64,000 nt of DNA. Source: the human T2T-CHM13v2.0 reference genome, Homo sapiens. The stretch lies in the NCBI RefSeq assembly GCF_009914755.1, contig NC_060927.1, one strand, 5' to 3'. The notes beneath the pieces are model-generated. The model did not search any database. It was not told where the DNA came from and was given only the letters and a program-made list of their open reading frames with translations. Shown one piece after another: positions 1-15,400 of the stretch. The translations under genes and the position numbers were made by a program. The stretch's first letter is position 1. Each line of letters begins with the position of its first letter.

Positions 1-454
1 GGCCCTGCTTCCTGGAGCCCACAGTTGAGCTGGAAGATGAGACGGGTGGTAAATACTGTATATTAAACACTTACTATATACCAGGCATTTTACGGGTCTT
101 TTCTCCTTTAAACTTTGCAATCACCTTTGGAGGTATGGATTATGACATGCACTTTACACATGACAGAACTGGTGGCTAAAAATACTGTCCAGGCTAGCGT
201 GGCTGGGAAGTGGTAGACCCATGGTTCCATGATCAGCTCTTCTGATGTTCAGTCGAGGAGTCTAGTTCTCATCTCCCTCTCTACCTCCTGACCAGAGTCA
301 AATCGAATTCAGTTTAGTACTAGTCCCAAGCCTAAAACAGTGCTCCCCTCACAAGAGGTGTTCCATTCAAGTCAATCGAGTCTAAGATTTAGTCTGTACC
401 TGTTCCTCAGAGGGCCACTGGTCTCAAGGGGTCAAATTCATTCACCTAGACCAG

Positions 455-1122
<668 letters not shown>

Positions 1123-1150
1123 GTCAGGAAGTTTTGGGAAGAAGAATGTC

Positions 1151-1299
1151 TTTTTGATTATTTTTTCTTTTTTTATAGAGACTGGGTCTCCCTATGTTGC
1201 TTTGGCTGGTCTTGAACTTCTGGGCTCAAGTGATCCACCCGCCTTGGCCTTGGCCTCCCAAAGTGCTGGGATTACAGGAATGAGCCACCATGCCCGGCC
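1151..1299 (-). mobile_element. Alu left monomer / FLAM
   Basis: Antisense left-arm sequence ending tgcccggcc. Confidence 0.85.
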
Positions 1300-1324
1300 T
1301 ATTGATTTTTTAGAAGTTGAGGTG

Positions 1325-1556
1325 TTTGAGGCCAGCCTGGGCAACATAGCAAGAACTTGCCTCTACAAACAATTAAAAAATTAGCTGGATGTGGTGGGGC
1401 ATGCCTGTGGCCCTAGCTGCTCTGAAGGCTGAGGCAGGAAGATGGCTTGAGCCTGGGAGGGTGAAGCTGCAGTGAGCCGAGGCCACACCACTGCACTCCA
1501 GCCTGTGTGACAGAGAGAGACTTTGTCTCATAAATAAATAAATAAATAAAATAAAC
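1325..1556 (+). mobile_element. AluJ-like, 5'-truncated, (TAAA)n tail
   Basis: ccagcctgggcaacatagcaag...gcttgagcctgggagg. Confidence 0.85.
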
Positions 1557-2479
1557 AATTGAGTAGGTAACACACATACATTCAAAAGGCATAAAGCCTC
1601 CGTCCTGCCTATGCTCTACCCCCACTCAGAGTACCTCCTGCGACACAAGTGGTTACCAGTCTCTCATGTCTTCTTCCAGAAATATTTATTCTTTCTTTCT
1701 TCACAAACACACATGTATGCTTAAATTATTTTTTCTCACCCCATACACACAGTTCTGTACCTCGTGTTTTTGTTTAATAAAACATCCTGAAGATCCTGCA
1801 AGAATGACTTTAACGAAGCAGGTTTGGAAAGTTGGAGAAAGAAATACCCTGGTGAATCACCAACACGACTGAAAAATACAAGCAATGCATTAAGACAATA
1901 CAGCCAGCCTGCTCAGGTTTTTCAGCCTGCTGCATTCTGAGGAGCAGGGAGGAGAGGTGTCAGAAGGAGGTGGATGGGTACTGCCTAAATCTTTAGCAGG
2001 CTGGGGAGGAGCCTGGGTCTCTCAGGAGGGCAAACCTTTGGTTTCTCACTCCCTTCTTACTGCTCCACTCTGCCCTCCTCTCCCCCACACACAAAGTAGG
2101 TCAGCGTGAGAGATGCTGCCTCCAGCGAGCAAGAGGGAGATGGTCCATGCTGAGTGGGAGGGCACGATTCGGGGCCCATATTGGGATGCCATCTGTAATT
2201 GTAGACTCTCAGAGCTGGAGGAAATCTTAAAGATCATCCTGTGTAATTCCCTCCTTTTGCAGATGGAGAAGCTGAGCCCAGAGGGAAAAAAGAACTTTCC
2301 TTAGGTCACATAGCCAGGTGGGGACAGAGCAGGGACTACAGCATGGGTGTCCTACCTTTTGGCCAGTGCTCCTTTTATGTCATCACAGTGCCTCTGCTGG
2401 TTCTGAAATCTTTGTCAAGATGCCCAGCTTTTACTTTGCCTCCTTTGTCATCCCCTCTGCAATTACAAATAAGAGAATA

Positions 2480-2830
2480 GACCACGAAGTCAGGCAGCCT
2501 GGGTTTCAGTACTGGTTCCACTCACTAGCTGTGTGATGTGGAGAAGTTAATTAGCCTTTCTGTGCCTCAGTTTCCTCTTCTACAAAGTGAAGAGTATGAG
2601 AATATCTACCCCTTAGAATTGTTGACAGGGCAGCCATGTTGCACAGGTCCAAGGGCCAGCATTCACAGTACTGTCCATAATATAGACAATATATTGTGGT
2701 GCCCCCTGGAATTGTGCAGTGCACAGCTTGGGAGGCTGTATAGAGTAGTTCTGACTGAAGAGAGTTAAATGAGATCATGCTTGTCAATTCATTTGCATAC
2801 TAAGAGCTCATTAAATGTTGGCTATTATCA
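2480..2830 (+). mobile_element. MIR, interrupted by a probable MER91-like element (~2628-2740)
   Basis: MIR core ctgtgcctcagtttcctc; resumes at gttaaatgagatcatg. Confidence 0.6.
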
Positions 2831-3126
2831 TCATCATTTTATTGTCATCACAAAGAACCAATTGTTTTGTCTTCAGAAGCAGCAAAGAATAGGAGATGTG
2901 AGAAGAAAAGTCCTATTTTCTTGTTTCATTTGTCTAATTTAAGGTAATAAGCATTCGGTACAGAAAACCTGGAAAATGTCTAAAAGAACAGACAACAAAA
3001 ATCACAATCCCACCAACCGGAAATAATCTCTTTGACATATGGTATATGTTTTTCTAGACTTTTTTCTCTGCCTGCTTTTTTCACTTACTGATACATTGGA
3101 AACACTTTCCCAGTCAGTAAATTTTC

Positions 3127-3397
<271 letters not shown>

Positions 3398-3424
3398 TTA
3401 CAACATCAGTTTCAATGAAAGGAC

Positions 3425-3662
3425 TGCAGCATAGTGATTAAGAACATAGATGCTGTGTCCAGGTGGCCTAGTTTCAAATGTCAGCTCTTCTGCTTACCAG
3501 CTGTGTGATCTTGGGCACGAGAGTTAACCTGTGTTTCAGTTTCCTCACCTATAAAGTGTGTCTATAATATTTACCCTGTGGGATTGTTGTGACAATTAAG
3601 TGAGTTAACATATGTAAAGTTCCTAGAGAAGTACTTGGTAGAGTGACATGTTATTGTTATTA
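3425..3662 (+). mobile_element. MIR
   Basis: gcagcatagtgattaagaac...cttaccagctgtgtgatcttggg...cagtttcctcacctataaa. Confidence 0.75.
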
Positions 3663-6092
3663 GATTCATTTTTTGGATATCCTACCATTTGTGAATCTGG
3701 TCTCCTACTGTTGGTCTTTTAGGTCATTTCGTTTTCACTGCCACAAATAATGTGGCCACAGATATTCTCAGCCATGTGTCTTTGAGCACACCCATGATTA
3801 TTTTATAAAAATAAATTCCTAGAAAATGGAATTACTGGCTAATATAAAATATATGTACCAAAATATTCAAAATTTGTGCCAATTTACATTCTGGCAACAT
3901 TTGAAGGGACAGGAGAGCATCATGAGTCCCTGGGGTCTTGAGAAGCAGAACAGGGACACAGTTTGTGACTAGGAAATGTGTTTTAGTTGGTGGGGGATCC
4001 ACGTAGTTCCCTGGAGATGATATTCACATCTTTGTCCTTTGTAGCCCAATACATTGTTTCCCAAATTTCAATTGTTTGAGTACCATCTTCATGATTTTTT
4101 TTGTTTCCAAAAACCATCTATACCATAATATATTTAATATTTTAAAATACATCTGCTTTTTAAAAAAACATGAATACATTTACTTTAAAAGAACATTTTC
4201 AATTACTAGTATAAATGGAAAACCAGAATCACCTGCCATAAAAGGAAGTAACTGTGAGAATAAATACAACGCAAGCAAAATGTTATTAAATTGTAGCTAG
4301 ACACTGTTGCTCGGCAAGGCTCTGAGCTCCAGGCCATGGACTTTGCATTGTTAGAGAGGTAGAGAAGGGAATTAGTAAATGAGCAAGAGCTACAGGGGTG
4401 TTAAAGACTTACTAGCACCAAGCTGTCGCTTTCTCTTTGGTATAGTCGAAAGAATCAACAGAGAATTGAAGAGAGATTTAATTTTATTTGATTTGTCTTT
4501 GCAGAGTGGGGAAGATGGGGTGGCAGGGGCATGTGGTTTTATGTTGAAGGACCTGTGAATTTTCCTACTAAAATTATCTCTATAACTATCATTTTCCTTA
4601 CTTTAAGAAACATCAGCCAATATTGCCTCACTGAAAAACAGCTTCCTAGGTTTGAAAGAACTCTTTACGGCACAAGTTCATGTAATCTTCACAATAACCT
4701 GATCAAAAAGGTGCTGTAATTATCACCTCCATTTTACAGATGAGAAAATGAAAGCATAATAGAGTTAATTAACATGCCCAAGGTTGGTACAGCTAATCAG
4801 TAGCACAGCTGAGATTTGAAACGCAGGTATTCCGGCTCCAGAGTCCAAATGGCTCCTGATTTCTGTATTACACTGTCAATGGGTGGGGCCATGACCAGAT
4901 ATTGGCTGCATCCCTCATCCTTCACTCTCATAGCTATAAGCTATATTTAGACAATGAGACTCTCCTTGGACTCCCTTAACCCTGCCTGATAATCGGTTTC
5001 TCACGTTGCCAGTTTGACTCTACTTTGACCTTGACCTTATTTTGTTACCTGGAATTGGTGACTCTGAGACACTGAAACCCTCTGCTGGTACTGATGGCTG
5101 AAGGTCTTCTTGCACCAAGGATGCTTGGGTCTAGAGATATTATATTTGCATGAGCCTTATGGGGGCTAGGGTGGAGGGGTAAGTGACTTTGCCAAGTGTT
5201 ACAGAGTGAGTTACTGTCAAAGCTTGGACTAAAATCCAGATCTGCTGACTCCTCCTTGAGTGTCCTATTCACCACACCTTTGGCTTTCTTAAGTTACATG
5301 AACAGTTTACCTTCATAACCATTGTCTTGTTTATTTTTCCCTGCAATTTGGGAGATAGATAGGTATTATTGTGAGTGCTTTATAAATGAGGAATCTGAGG
5401 CTATGTTCAAGGTCATGTAGCTAATAAGTGGCAGAGCCTCTTGCATACATTAGAGGACATTCTGTCAGAGAGGGGCATGATTAGGACTAGAACCCAGTCC
5501 TGTCTGGCTTTAAGTCCAGATCTCTTCCCACAAAGTGCCCCAACATCCACTTTCGCCCTTTAGTGCCCTAGGTCCTGACACTATCTCCAATTTTCTAAGA
5601 TTTTAAACCTTATCTCTTTTCTAAAAGGGATGGGGGAGTAGTGCCAAGTATGAGTGACTCATACTAAAGTGTGAACGACTACCTGGCCTCATATGTTTCC
5701 CCATCTGGGTCTGCTGGCACTTAGAGAGGTTGTTCTCTAGTGCAACCAAGGAATTCACTCCTGCATTAGTAATCTACTGCTACACAACAAATCAACCCCA
5801 AAACTTAGTGGGTTGAAATAACAATAATCCATTTCTTATAATCCATTTATTATAATCTCACAGTTTCTATAAGACTAATGCAGAAAAGGCAGAGAGAAGG
5901 CATGACTGTACTTCACAATGTCTCAGTCCTCAGCTGGGGGCAGGAATCACCTGAAGGTTCACTCACTCACACATTTCTGCCTCATCTCACTGGTTGAGGC
6001 AGTGCCAAAGGTCCAGCAAGTTTAGAGGGAAGGAACATAGGCCCCACTTCTCAATGGAGAGATGTTGATGTCATCCTATAAGAAGAACTTGA

Positions 6093-6400
<308 letters not shown>

Positions 6401-7247
6401 CTGTGAGGTTGATATTTGTGCAGCCGTCTTTGGAAAATACAATCTGGCACAACTCTCTAATGATGGGATTTCATGCACAAGTCATGAACAGATTTTTGGG
6501 CAGTGGGGGCTCCTCTTGATGTGGCCCCGATGAGACCCCATTTGGGGTTGTTCTCCAGCTGCCTGCATTCAGAATTCTGCTTTTCTCTGCATTTATGCTG
6601 CAATTGTTCTGTAATCCATTTTTCTCAGAAGGCTCAGACAGCCCTCACTGCTGATAGGCAGGGGTGTGATCCTGCTGCCAAGAGGACCCGACATTGACAA
6701 TAAACAGCAATAAAAGTGCCGGTCTGCTTCTGTGCCGTCAGATGGAGCCCAGCCAGTCATGACTAGAAAGTTTCGTATTTTGAAGTAGGACTTCCCTGTG
6801 CCCATGAGGAGCCTAAAGACTGAAGGTGGGTCAGATCCTGGGTGAGGGAGTGTATGTGCTGCTGGTGAGGGATATCAAGATCTGTCCAGCGATCTAGAAT
6901 TTCTCTATGGGGGCTTTAGAAGCAGCAATCTGGCTGGAAGAAGGAATTAGAAGTTCCATTTGCATAACACTTGACATATGCTTGAGAAAGCATTTGTTGT
7001 TGGTTTCAAAGATCCAGGAGTGAAGGCTTACTTGGTTTGGATCTGACCAGAAGAGGACTCTGAGACAAAGACTTGGGGATGGGAAAGTGACACAAGTAAG
7101 GGAAAGCAGGCATCAAGGGTACAACATCAAGCTAGCTACCACCGTGGGAGAGAGAAGCTTATCCCTCTGGGGAAACTACGGAAGTCAGTGTAAAACCCTT
7201 GCCTCAGAGTTATCCCACCCAACAGTTGAAAAAGCTGGGGTATTCGT

Positions 7248-7533
<286 letters not shown>

Positions 7534-7729
7534 CTATGAGGGATGTGCCAGTAAAGCAGGGTTAATCCCAGCCTGCTGTTCTGAGTAGAGTAGGCTCCCA
7601 TGGCTTTGGAGAAAGCCCAGAGACACAGAGAAGCAGGTACTGGTAGCAGGAAGGTGGAACACACCCAGTGGCAAGGAAGGTTGACAATGTGTGCTCCAGA
7701 TGACAACTGTCTCAGTGTGCCCCATACCA

Positions 7730-7808
7730 AGGGGCTTCCTGGGATGCGGGACTTTCCGTTTTAAAACCAGGAATGTCCCAGACAGACCAAGATGAGGCAG
7801 TCACCCTA
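7730..7808. mobile_element. MER81/MER94-like hAT-Blackjack MITE fragment
   Basis: gcgggactttccgttttaaaaccaggaatgtcccagacagacc...gtcacccta terminus. Confidence 0.65.
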
Positions 7809-7894
7809 GCTACAAGGGCAAAGCAGCATGGGGAACTAAAGCCCATCCATCACCCAAACCTACTGTCTGAAAGGAAGGATCAAAAAAGGACTTA

Positions 7895-8292
7895 AAAATG
7901 ATAAAAGTGTTCCGGACTTAGACAGTGATGATGGTTGCATGTTGTACAATTTTGTGAATATACTAAAAACCACTGACTTACATACTTTAAAAGGATGAAT
8001 TTTATGGTATGTGAATTATATCTCAATAAAAATGATTCACATAAAGACGGACATGCAGATCAATAGAACAGAATTGGGAATCCAGAAATAAACCCTTATT
8101 TTTATGGTCAATTGATTTTGATATGTCATTGGATTTAGACTCCACTGGTTAATCCAGGATGATCTTATCCTAAGTTCCTTAACTTAATTACATCTGTGAA
8201 GACCCCTTTTTCAAATAAGATCACATTCATAGGTTCTGGGGATTAGGACATGGACATATATTTTTTTGGGGCCACCATGCAATCCACTACAA
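7895..8292. mobile_element. Old L1M 3' fragment (~7895-8122, +) followed by an MLT1 fragment (~8125-8292, -)
   Basis: gtgaatatactaaaaaccactga...gtgaattatatctcaataaa; then cttaacttaattacatctgtgaagaccc...caatccactaca. Confidence 0.7.
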
Positions 8293-10751
8293 CTCCTGTT
8301 TTACAGGTAAGGAAACCGAGTCACTTGCTAAGGCAATACAACTAGTGATAGCAGGTAGAGATGTGAACCTAGGCAGTCTGTCTCCAAAGCCCGTGTTCTT
8401 AACCACCCAGAAATGAAGGGACAAGACCACATAAGATTTCTCCAGCTGATGGTAAAAGATGGACGGGCTCTGACCACAGCCTGGAGGCCAACTCCTTAAA
8501 TCCAGCCCCTGCCTCCTTTCCTGAACTTACCTCCTTTGTCCAATTTCCCCTCAATTACCCTCTGCTCCATCAGGCGGTCTGTGGCCTGTAACATTTGTTG
8601 GAGAAGTGAGAAATGAAAATGGTCATGACAGTAGTAGATTTTTGCTTAGCAGGGGAGACTGACAGGTGAATCTTGAGACTGTAAAATCAGGCATGGCTCA
8701 ATGAAAGAACATGGGATTGGAGTCCAACAGATCTCGGTTCACATTGTGGCTTTGCCACTTACTTGCTCTGAGACCTCAGCCAAGTTACTTAATCCTTTTG
8801 AGCCTCTGTGTTCTCATTTCTTAAAGAGAGAGAGAGAGAAGACCTATTTCAGGGTGCTGTTGCAAAGATTCAATGCTTCCAGTTCTACCATCATGAGTTT
8901 TTCTGAATTCTTCACTCTGCTCACCAGTGTAGACAAGCCTAAGGAAAACAAAATGATGGGGCTGAGCTGATTGAGAATTTCTCTGAAGATAGCAACATCA
9001 GTTTGGGAGAAAAGAGCTTATTTCAATGAGCCTCCATTAGCCAGAAGGAGGAATGTTTTGGCTGAATATCAAACATTCTCTCTTGCTCTTTCAGCACACA
9101 CAGAGCTGCTCCTGGGTGGAATCCTGTATCACTGCCATCACCTGCCTGGCTTCCTGCCTTCAGATCCTTCTCATACCCACAGCTGAGATCCCTGTCACCC
9201 ATCCCCTGCAGGCTCAAAGCCACCCCTGCAATCAGGCAGAATTTAAGGAGACCGAGGACAGAGAAGTACCATGGTTACCAATGAAATACCATTTCACGGC
9301 TTACATTTGTTGTTTATTTACTACACACCAGATATGTTAAGAGTTTCATATGCACATTCTCATTCACTCCTCCCCGCAAACTTATAAGGTAGGTACTATT
9401 ATTATTCTCATTTTCCTGATAATAAAACTGAGACCCGAGAAAGTTATATAAATTGCCAAAGCCCCCTAAGCCATAGCTGAATGGATCAAGATTGGACAGC
9501 TGACCTGAGGTGGACCACTCAGATTCTCTCTCCAAGAAATTTGGAATTGTATTTGAGAGACAGATAGTCTCTGCTGGTCACTCAAAATGAAGACATAAAC
9601 TAGGCAGCTGTGGGGTGGTTATTAATGGTATACACATAGCAGAAAAGCCATTCTGTAGGTGTAGAGAGAAGGAATTAGGCAGATGGAGAAAGAAACAGAA
9701 AAATGGGCCCTTGGAGAAAGAGTGTGAGCAAAGGACTGGCTCTCTGGATTCCCTGGTTATACTTCTTGCCTCTATTAGTTAAGACTCCAGGAAATAAGTG
9801 ATAGAAATATAACTTCTATTGGCTTAAATGAAAAGGAATCCACAGACACTAAAAATAACAGCTTCAGCCATAGCTGGATCCGATGTTCAGTGTTGTCGGG
9901 AACCCGTCTCTATTTCTTGGATCTACTTCCTTCTGCGTTGGCGTCAGCTTCAGGCAGGCTCTTTCTTCAAGATAGAAATATGGCTGCTGGAGGCCCCACA
10001 CATAGATTCTTACACTTTCATGCCAGGCAGAGAGTCTAGAAGTTCCAAGGAAGGTCTCACCATTGAGCCACTGGTTGGATTGGGTCACATTCCCAAATCT
10101 AAGGCTATTACTGTGTTTGAGGAGATGGAATGCTTGATTGGCCAGATGTGATTCAGGGGTTGGGATTGATTCCACCTGAATCACATGAACTGAGAGCAGG
10201 GAAAGGTGGCTCCCCAAAGGACAACCATAGTGCTATCATCAGAGAAAGGAGGACTGGCCATAGGACAATAAATACCACGGGTGTTTATACACGCTGTTCT
10301 ATTCTTATAAAACATTTCTTTCCTTTTCTTTGGCTGGCTTACAATGGTTTTGAGGAGGATTCTGTTATTTGTAACTTAAAGCAGGCTTGATTGACAGAGC
10401 TAGATTTCTACCATATGCTTTCAGCTGTCTTGCCCTACAATCTGGCACCATTCTCCCAGCCACAGCCCCAATGACCTGTCGTACCTGCCTTTATACCTAA
10501 TTATAGTCACAGCTAAAGACTGCTATATTCTTTCTGTTCATACCAGCGTGGTGCAGACCAGCATCATGGAGGCTTGGTGGAGAGGGAAGAGCCTCAACAT
10601 TGAAAGAGCTTGGGTTCTTGAGCCACCACTTACAGGACGACCTAGCAATCAGAAATACACACATTGGGCTAAATGTACACAAGAAGGAATCTGTTGTGTT
10701 AAGCTTCTGAGATGTGAGAGTTGATATATTTCAGCAGATACTATAACCTTA

Positions 10752-11129
<378 letters not shown>

Positions 11130-11221
11130 CTAGCTTTACCAATCAGGGATCTTAGTTGCAAGCAACAGAAACCAACTCTGGATTACATAAGCAAGAAGGG
11201 AATTAATTGAAAGTACATTTG

Positions 11222-11500
11222 AATCCCAGCACTTTGGGAGGAGGGCGAGGCGGGCAGATCACTTGAGGTCAGGAGTTCGACACAAGCCTGGCCAACATGG
11301 TGAAACCCCATCTCTACTAAAAATACAGAAATCAGCCAGGCATGGTGGTGGGCACCTGTAATCCCAGCTACTTGGGAGGCTGAGGCAGGAGAATTGCTTG
11401 AAACCTGGGAGGTAGAGGCTGCAGTGAGCTGAGCTTGTGCCACTGCACTCCAGTCTGGCCAACAGAGCAAGACTCTGTCTCAAAACAACTAAAAAGAAAG
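11222..11500 (+). mobile_element. AluS, 5'-truncated, inside an MLT1-like LTR
   Basis: Alu body flanked by aagtacat duplications. Confidence 0.87.
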
Positions 11501-12204
11501 TACATAAGTACATTGGGTAGCTCACTGAGTTGCCACCAAGAGTAGGGAACCAGGGTTAGAAAATGGGCAGGAAGAAAGGGAAGGTGAACAGCCAGAACCA
11601 CAGGTAAAAACCAACCTCAGAACTAGACTGTCGAGGATACTGCCACTCTCACTGCTGCACACTGGATATTCTGGTTTAGATGGCCTACACACTGCATACC
11701 TCTGTCACTTCCACGCCTAGAAATTGGGTCAACACCCAATTTGGGTGTTGGACTGCTCCTCTGTGTTTGTTTCTTTTCATCATCAACTCCAGATTCAAAA
11801 TCCCAAGAGGATGCAGCAGCTTGGCCAAACCAAGGGCAAGTATTCAGGCTCTGATTGCCAGAGGGTCTGACAAAGAGAGCATCTCTGGGCTTTTCAGCTC
11901 CTGTGTTGGAGGAGGCCACCTTTGCCTTCCATCAAGAGTCGGACAGTGAGGCATTTCCTGAACTTGGAAGGATGTCAACCAAACCACCACTCCAAAGCAA
12001 GGAAAACTCAAATCAACAGCAACAAAAACAAAAACTACCATTATTACTACTAGTGAAACAAATGTCCACTCCAGGGACTGCTGAAGAGTTTTAAGCTGGA
12101 AAGTAATGTTGTCAAATACACTTTAGAAAGATTCTTTTGTTGGCAAACTATTGATTGGATTGGAAGAAGGCCAGGCTGTAAGGAGGAAAATAAATGAGGA
12201 GAGC

Positions 12205-12447
12205 CGCATTGGTCATCACCTGGGAGCTTGTTAGAACTGCACAGTGTGGGTCCCCACCCCGACCTGGTTTAAGGCAGCATATTTCCAATTTTAAGGTGCA
12301 TATGAATCGCCCCCAGAAAACTTGATAAAACATAAATTCTGATTCAGTATGTCTGGGAAAGAGCCTGCAACTTTGCATTTCTAACAAGTTATCAGTTAAT
12401 GTCAATGCTGCTGGCCCATGGATCACATTTTAAGGAGCAAGGATCTA
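12205..12447. mobile_element. MER5A-type hAT-Charlie MITE remnants
   Basis: catcacctgggagcttgttagaa...ctgattcagtatgtctggg...tgcatttctaacaag. Confidence 0.72.
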
Positions 12448-15400
12448 GGTGAGACAGGAGAAGGGCTTGACTTAGGTTAGGGGGCCATGGGATGGAGAGA
12501 TTTCAGATTCCAGTGTTACTAAGGAAGTGGAATCAACAAGACTTAGGTGATTGTTCCAATGTGATCGGATTTGCGAGAAGTCAAGGATGCCTTCTAGGCA
12601 TCTGGTTTTTTGGGTAAGTAGATGGCAGAGTTTGGGGGATATTTTTTTCTTTTTGCTGATCTATATTTCTGATAAAGAATCGGCATTTACTTGTACACTA
12701 AAGAAAGGAGATGCAAAAGAAATCAATGACACTGCAAGGAGCTCAGGTGAGTAAAGGGATGTTTCAAAATATGATAAACATTTTAACTTTTGGTGAACAA
12801 AACACACCATTTTTATATAGTTTCTTGGATGTACTTCACACCAACTGTGAGGGGGACTGGAATTGCCACTAACTATTGCATGGCTAGAATCCAACTTTAT
12901 TACCAAGAAGGCTTAGTAAAATGTGATATTTTTTCTCTTTAATTTCAGAACTAATCATGTTATAATGCTGACCAGGTGTGACATACTGATTTCTCTTTAA
13001 AAATACTTTCCAGGGAGCTGATTATGAAAACTACAGCAGGATAATATGTTTCTTTCAATACTGAACCCAATTAATTTCAGTGACTCATAAATGCTAGGGT
13101 GAAAATTAGAATATTAAAGCTCCATTTGTTTAAGAAAGAAATCATTTTGCTTCTTCATAATAGACTTCCTATTGTTTTGGACATAAATTTCTCTCTGAAG
13201 TTAGGTTAGAGAATCAGTAACACTAATGAAAGTTTCATTCCCCCACTTTATTGAAACAATTTTCACCCAACAGATGACAGGCTGCAGCTTGAGGAAGAGC
13301 TGATCACCTTTTAACTGAAGGTGATGATTATGACTAATACTTATTAAGCCCTTTCATGCAACATACATCTTGTTGAATTTCTCACAACACTCCAAGGTAG
13401 GCACTTTTAATCCCCATTATACAGATGAGGAAGATAAGGCTTGTGAGGGTCAGTAACTCGCCAAGTTCTCTGTCAAGGGCAAATGAGTGACAGAAAAGGC
13501 ATCCCAGTCCAGGTCTGATTGCTTGCAGGTCATCACCCGCAAAAATCCACCACTGAATTCTACCAATGTTAAGTGTGAGACCATAAGGTACAACCTCCAA
13601 TACTTACGCATGAGAAAAACAAAGTTCAGATGATTCCTGGGCCAGTGTGGTTTCTGATGCACTGTACTGCCTCTTACTGAAACTGGCCCAAATCTATAAA
13701 GTTGGTTAAATTGATCTAATTTGTAATATATATAGATGGTTCCTTGTTGGAATGAATTTGGGTGCCCTGGGAAGACTGTTTTATTAAGATATCCTTTTCA
13801 ACATTAGATAGTTTCTAAAGTTCTACCATTAAATATTAATTCCTCTAACTTAGGCCATTCATATCTCTTTGTTAAAATGCAGTTGCTCAAGCATTTCAAT
13901 GTGGATATAAGCAACCTTTTCTGAAAATAGGTTTTAATTGGAGAGAGGGAATGAGGCCAGAGAACAGAAGCAGGTTGAGATGAGTCTTAGGGCAAGAGGA
14001 AGAGGAAAAAGGTAAAACAAAAAAGCGGGGGCGGGGGCAGGGTGGAATCTAAGGACCTCAATGATAAATCATCTCTTTAACTACTTTGCTGAGGAACTGA
14101 TTTAGACTAAGGGAGACTCTTAGGGTTAATGACAAACTTTTGTTTTGAATTGAGTAAAAGATGACATCAAGTAGGCCTGATTTTTCTCCTTCAGATCATC
14201 TACAAATACAATATAGATTTGGAGAACAGCTACAAACAGCTTGGAGAATAAGCCCTGAATCTGTCACCTCCTTGTTCTGTGACCTCAAGCAAGTCACCTT
14301 TCCCCCCACTGAGCCTTAGCTTTTAACATAAACTGCTATCAGATGGGCAAGACAGGAAGAGCCAGAACTAAGAATCGACTTGGTTGCTGGGCAGATGATA
14401 TTTTTGAAATGCTCTGAGTCTGTTCTAACATTAAATCATCCTAGAGCTTATCTGTGCTGGACATGCTTCAAACCAGTTGACATTAAATGTCTTTCCAGAG
14501 ACATCTCAACCTCCAGTGGCTTCTCTGATTCATATCTTCTCTTGTTAGTCATTACAGGATGGTCATTAGTGAGCCGACTCAGTTGTCCTTCTTAGCATTC
14601 TTGTTTGGCAAGAGAGGTCTCTGCCACACTCCTTCTCCTTAAAGGGTCCTTTCCCACTTCTGGATGAAGCAGAAGGAGAAAGAAACAGTTTACATAATGG
14701 TGTGATTGCACCAATGCCTCAAACTCATTTTTCCTCCAATTACCACATTTTCTGACAGCTAGCTTAGAAGTTGTTACCAATTTTTTTTCAGCCAGAGAGC
14801 TTCATTTATAGATCCAAGCTTATCAGAGGATAACTTTAAAGAACACATTTAAACAGAACTTCAGGTTTTAAAACAGAGATGAACGAGTGCTTTTTCACTG
14901 ATGACATAGATTGGGAAGAGGGCAATTCCTCCTCTGTGAAAACTAGTCAAAGAGGTTAATGTTTGGGAATTTCCCCAATTAATCCTATGGATGAAATCCT
15001 TCTTAAAGCAACTTACTTAGATTGCAGCTGGGCTTGGGAAGCAGCAACAGACCTATTTACTCAGGCGATCATAGAGAAAAACCTGAGAAAACGGGAAGGG
15101 CCCTGACCACTAGCAGGCATTTGTGTGGTTGGTAAAACCTAGGGTTTGACACAATCCCTCAAACTTTGGAGACAGCCCCTTCTCATTTTATGACCATGAT
15201 GGGCTAGAAGAATAAGTTGATTAAAATAAAAACTAGAAAAATGCAGTCTTCTGCTATGAGAAGAAAATGGGTTTAAGAGTCAAAAACACCCGGGCAGGTG
15301 CATATATCAAATGCTTTCTTCCTGGGCCTGAGAAACTGAAACATAGGAGTTAGGTGCATCTTAAAGGGATCACAGAATCCATCATTTCAGACCTGCTCTG

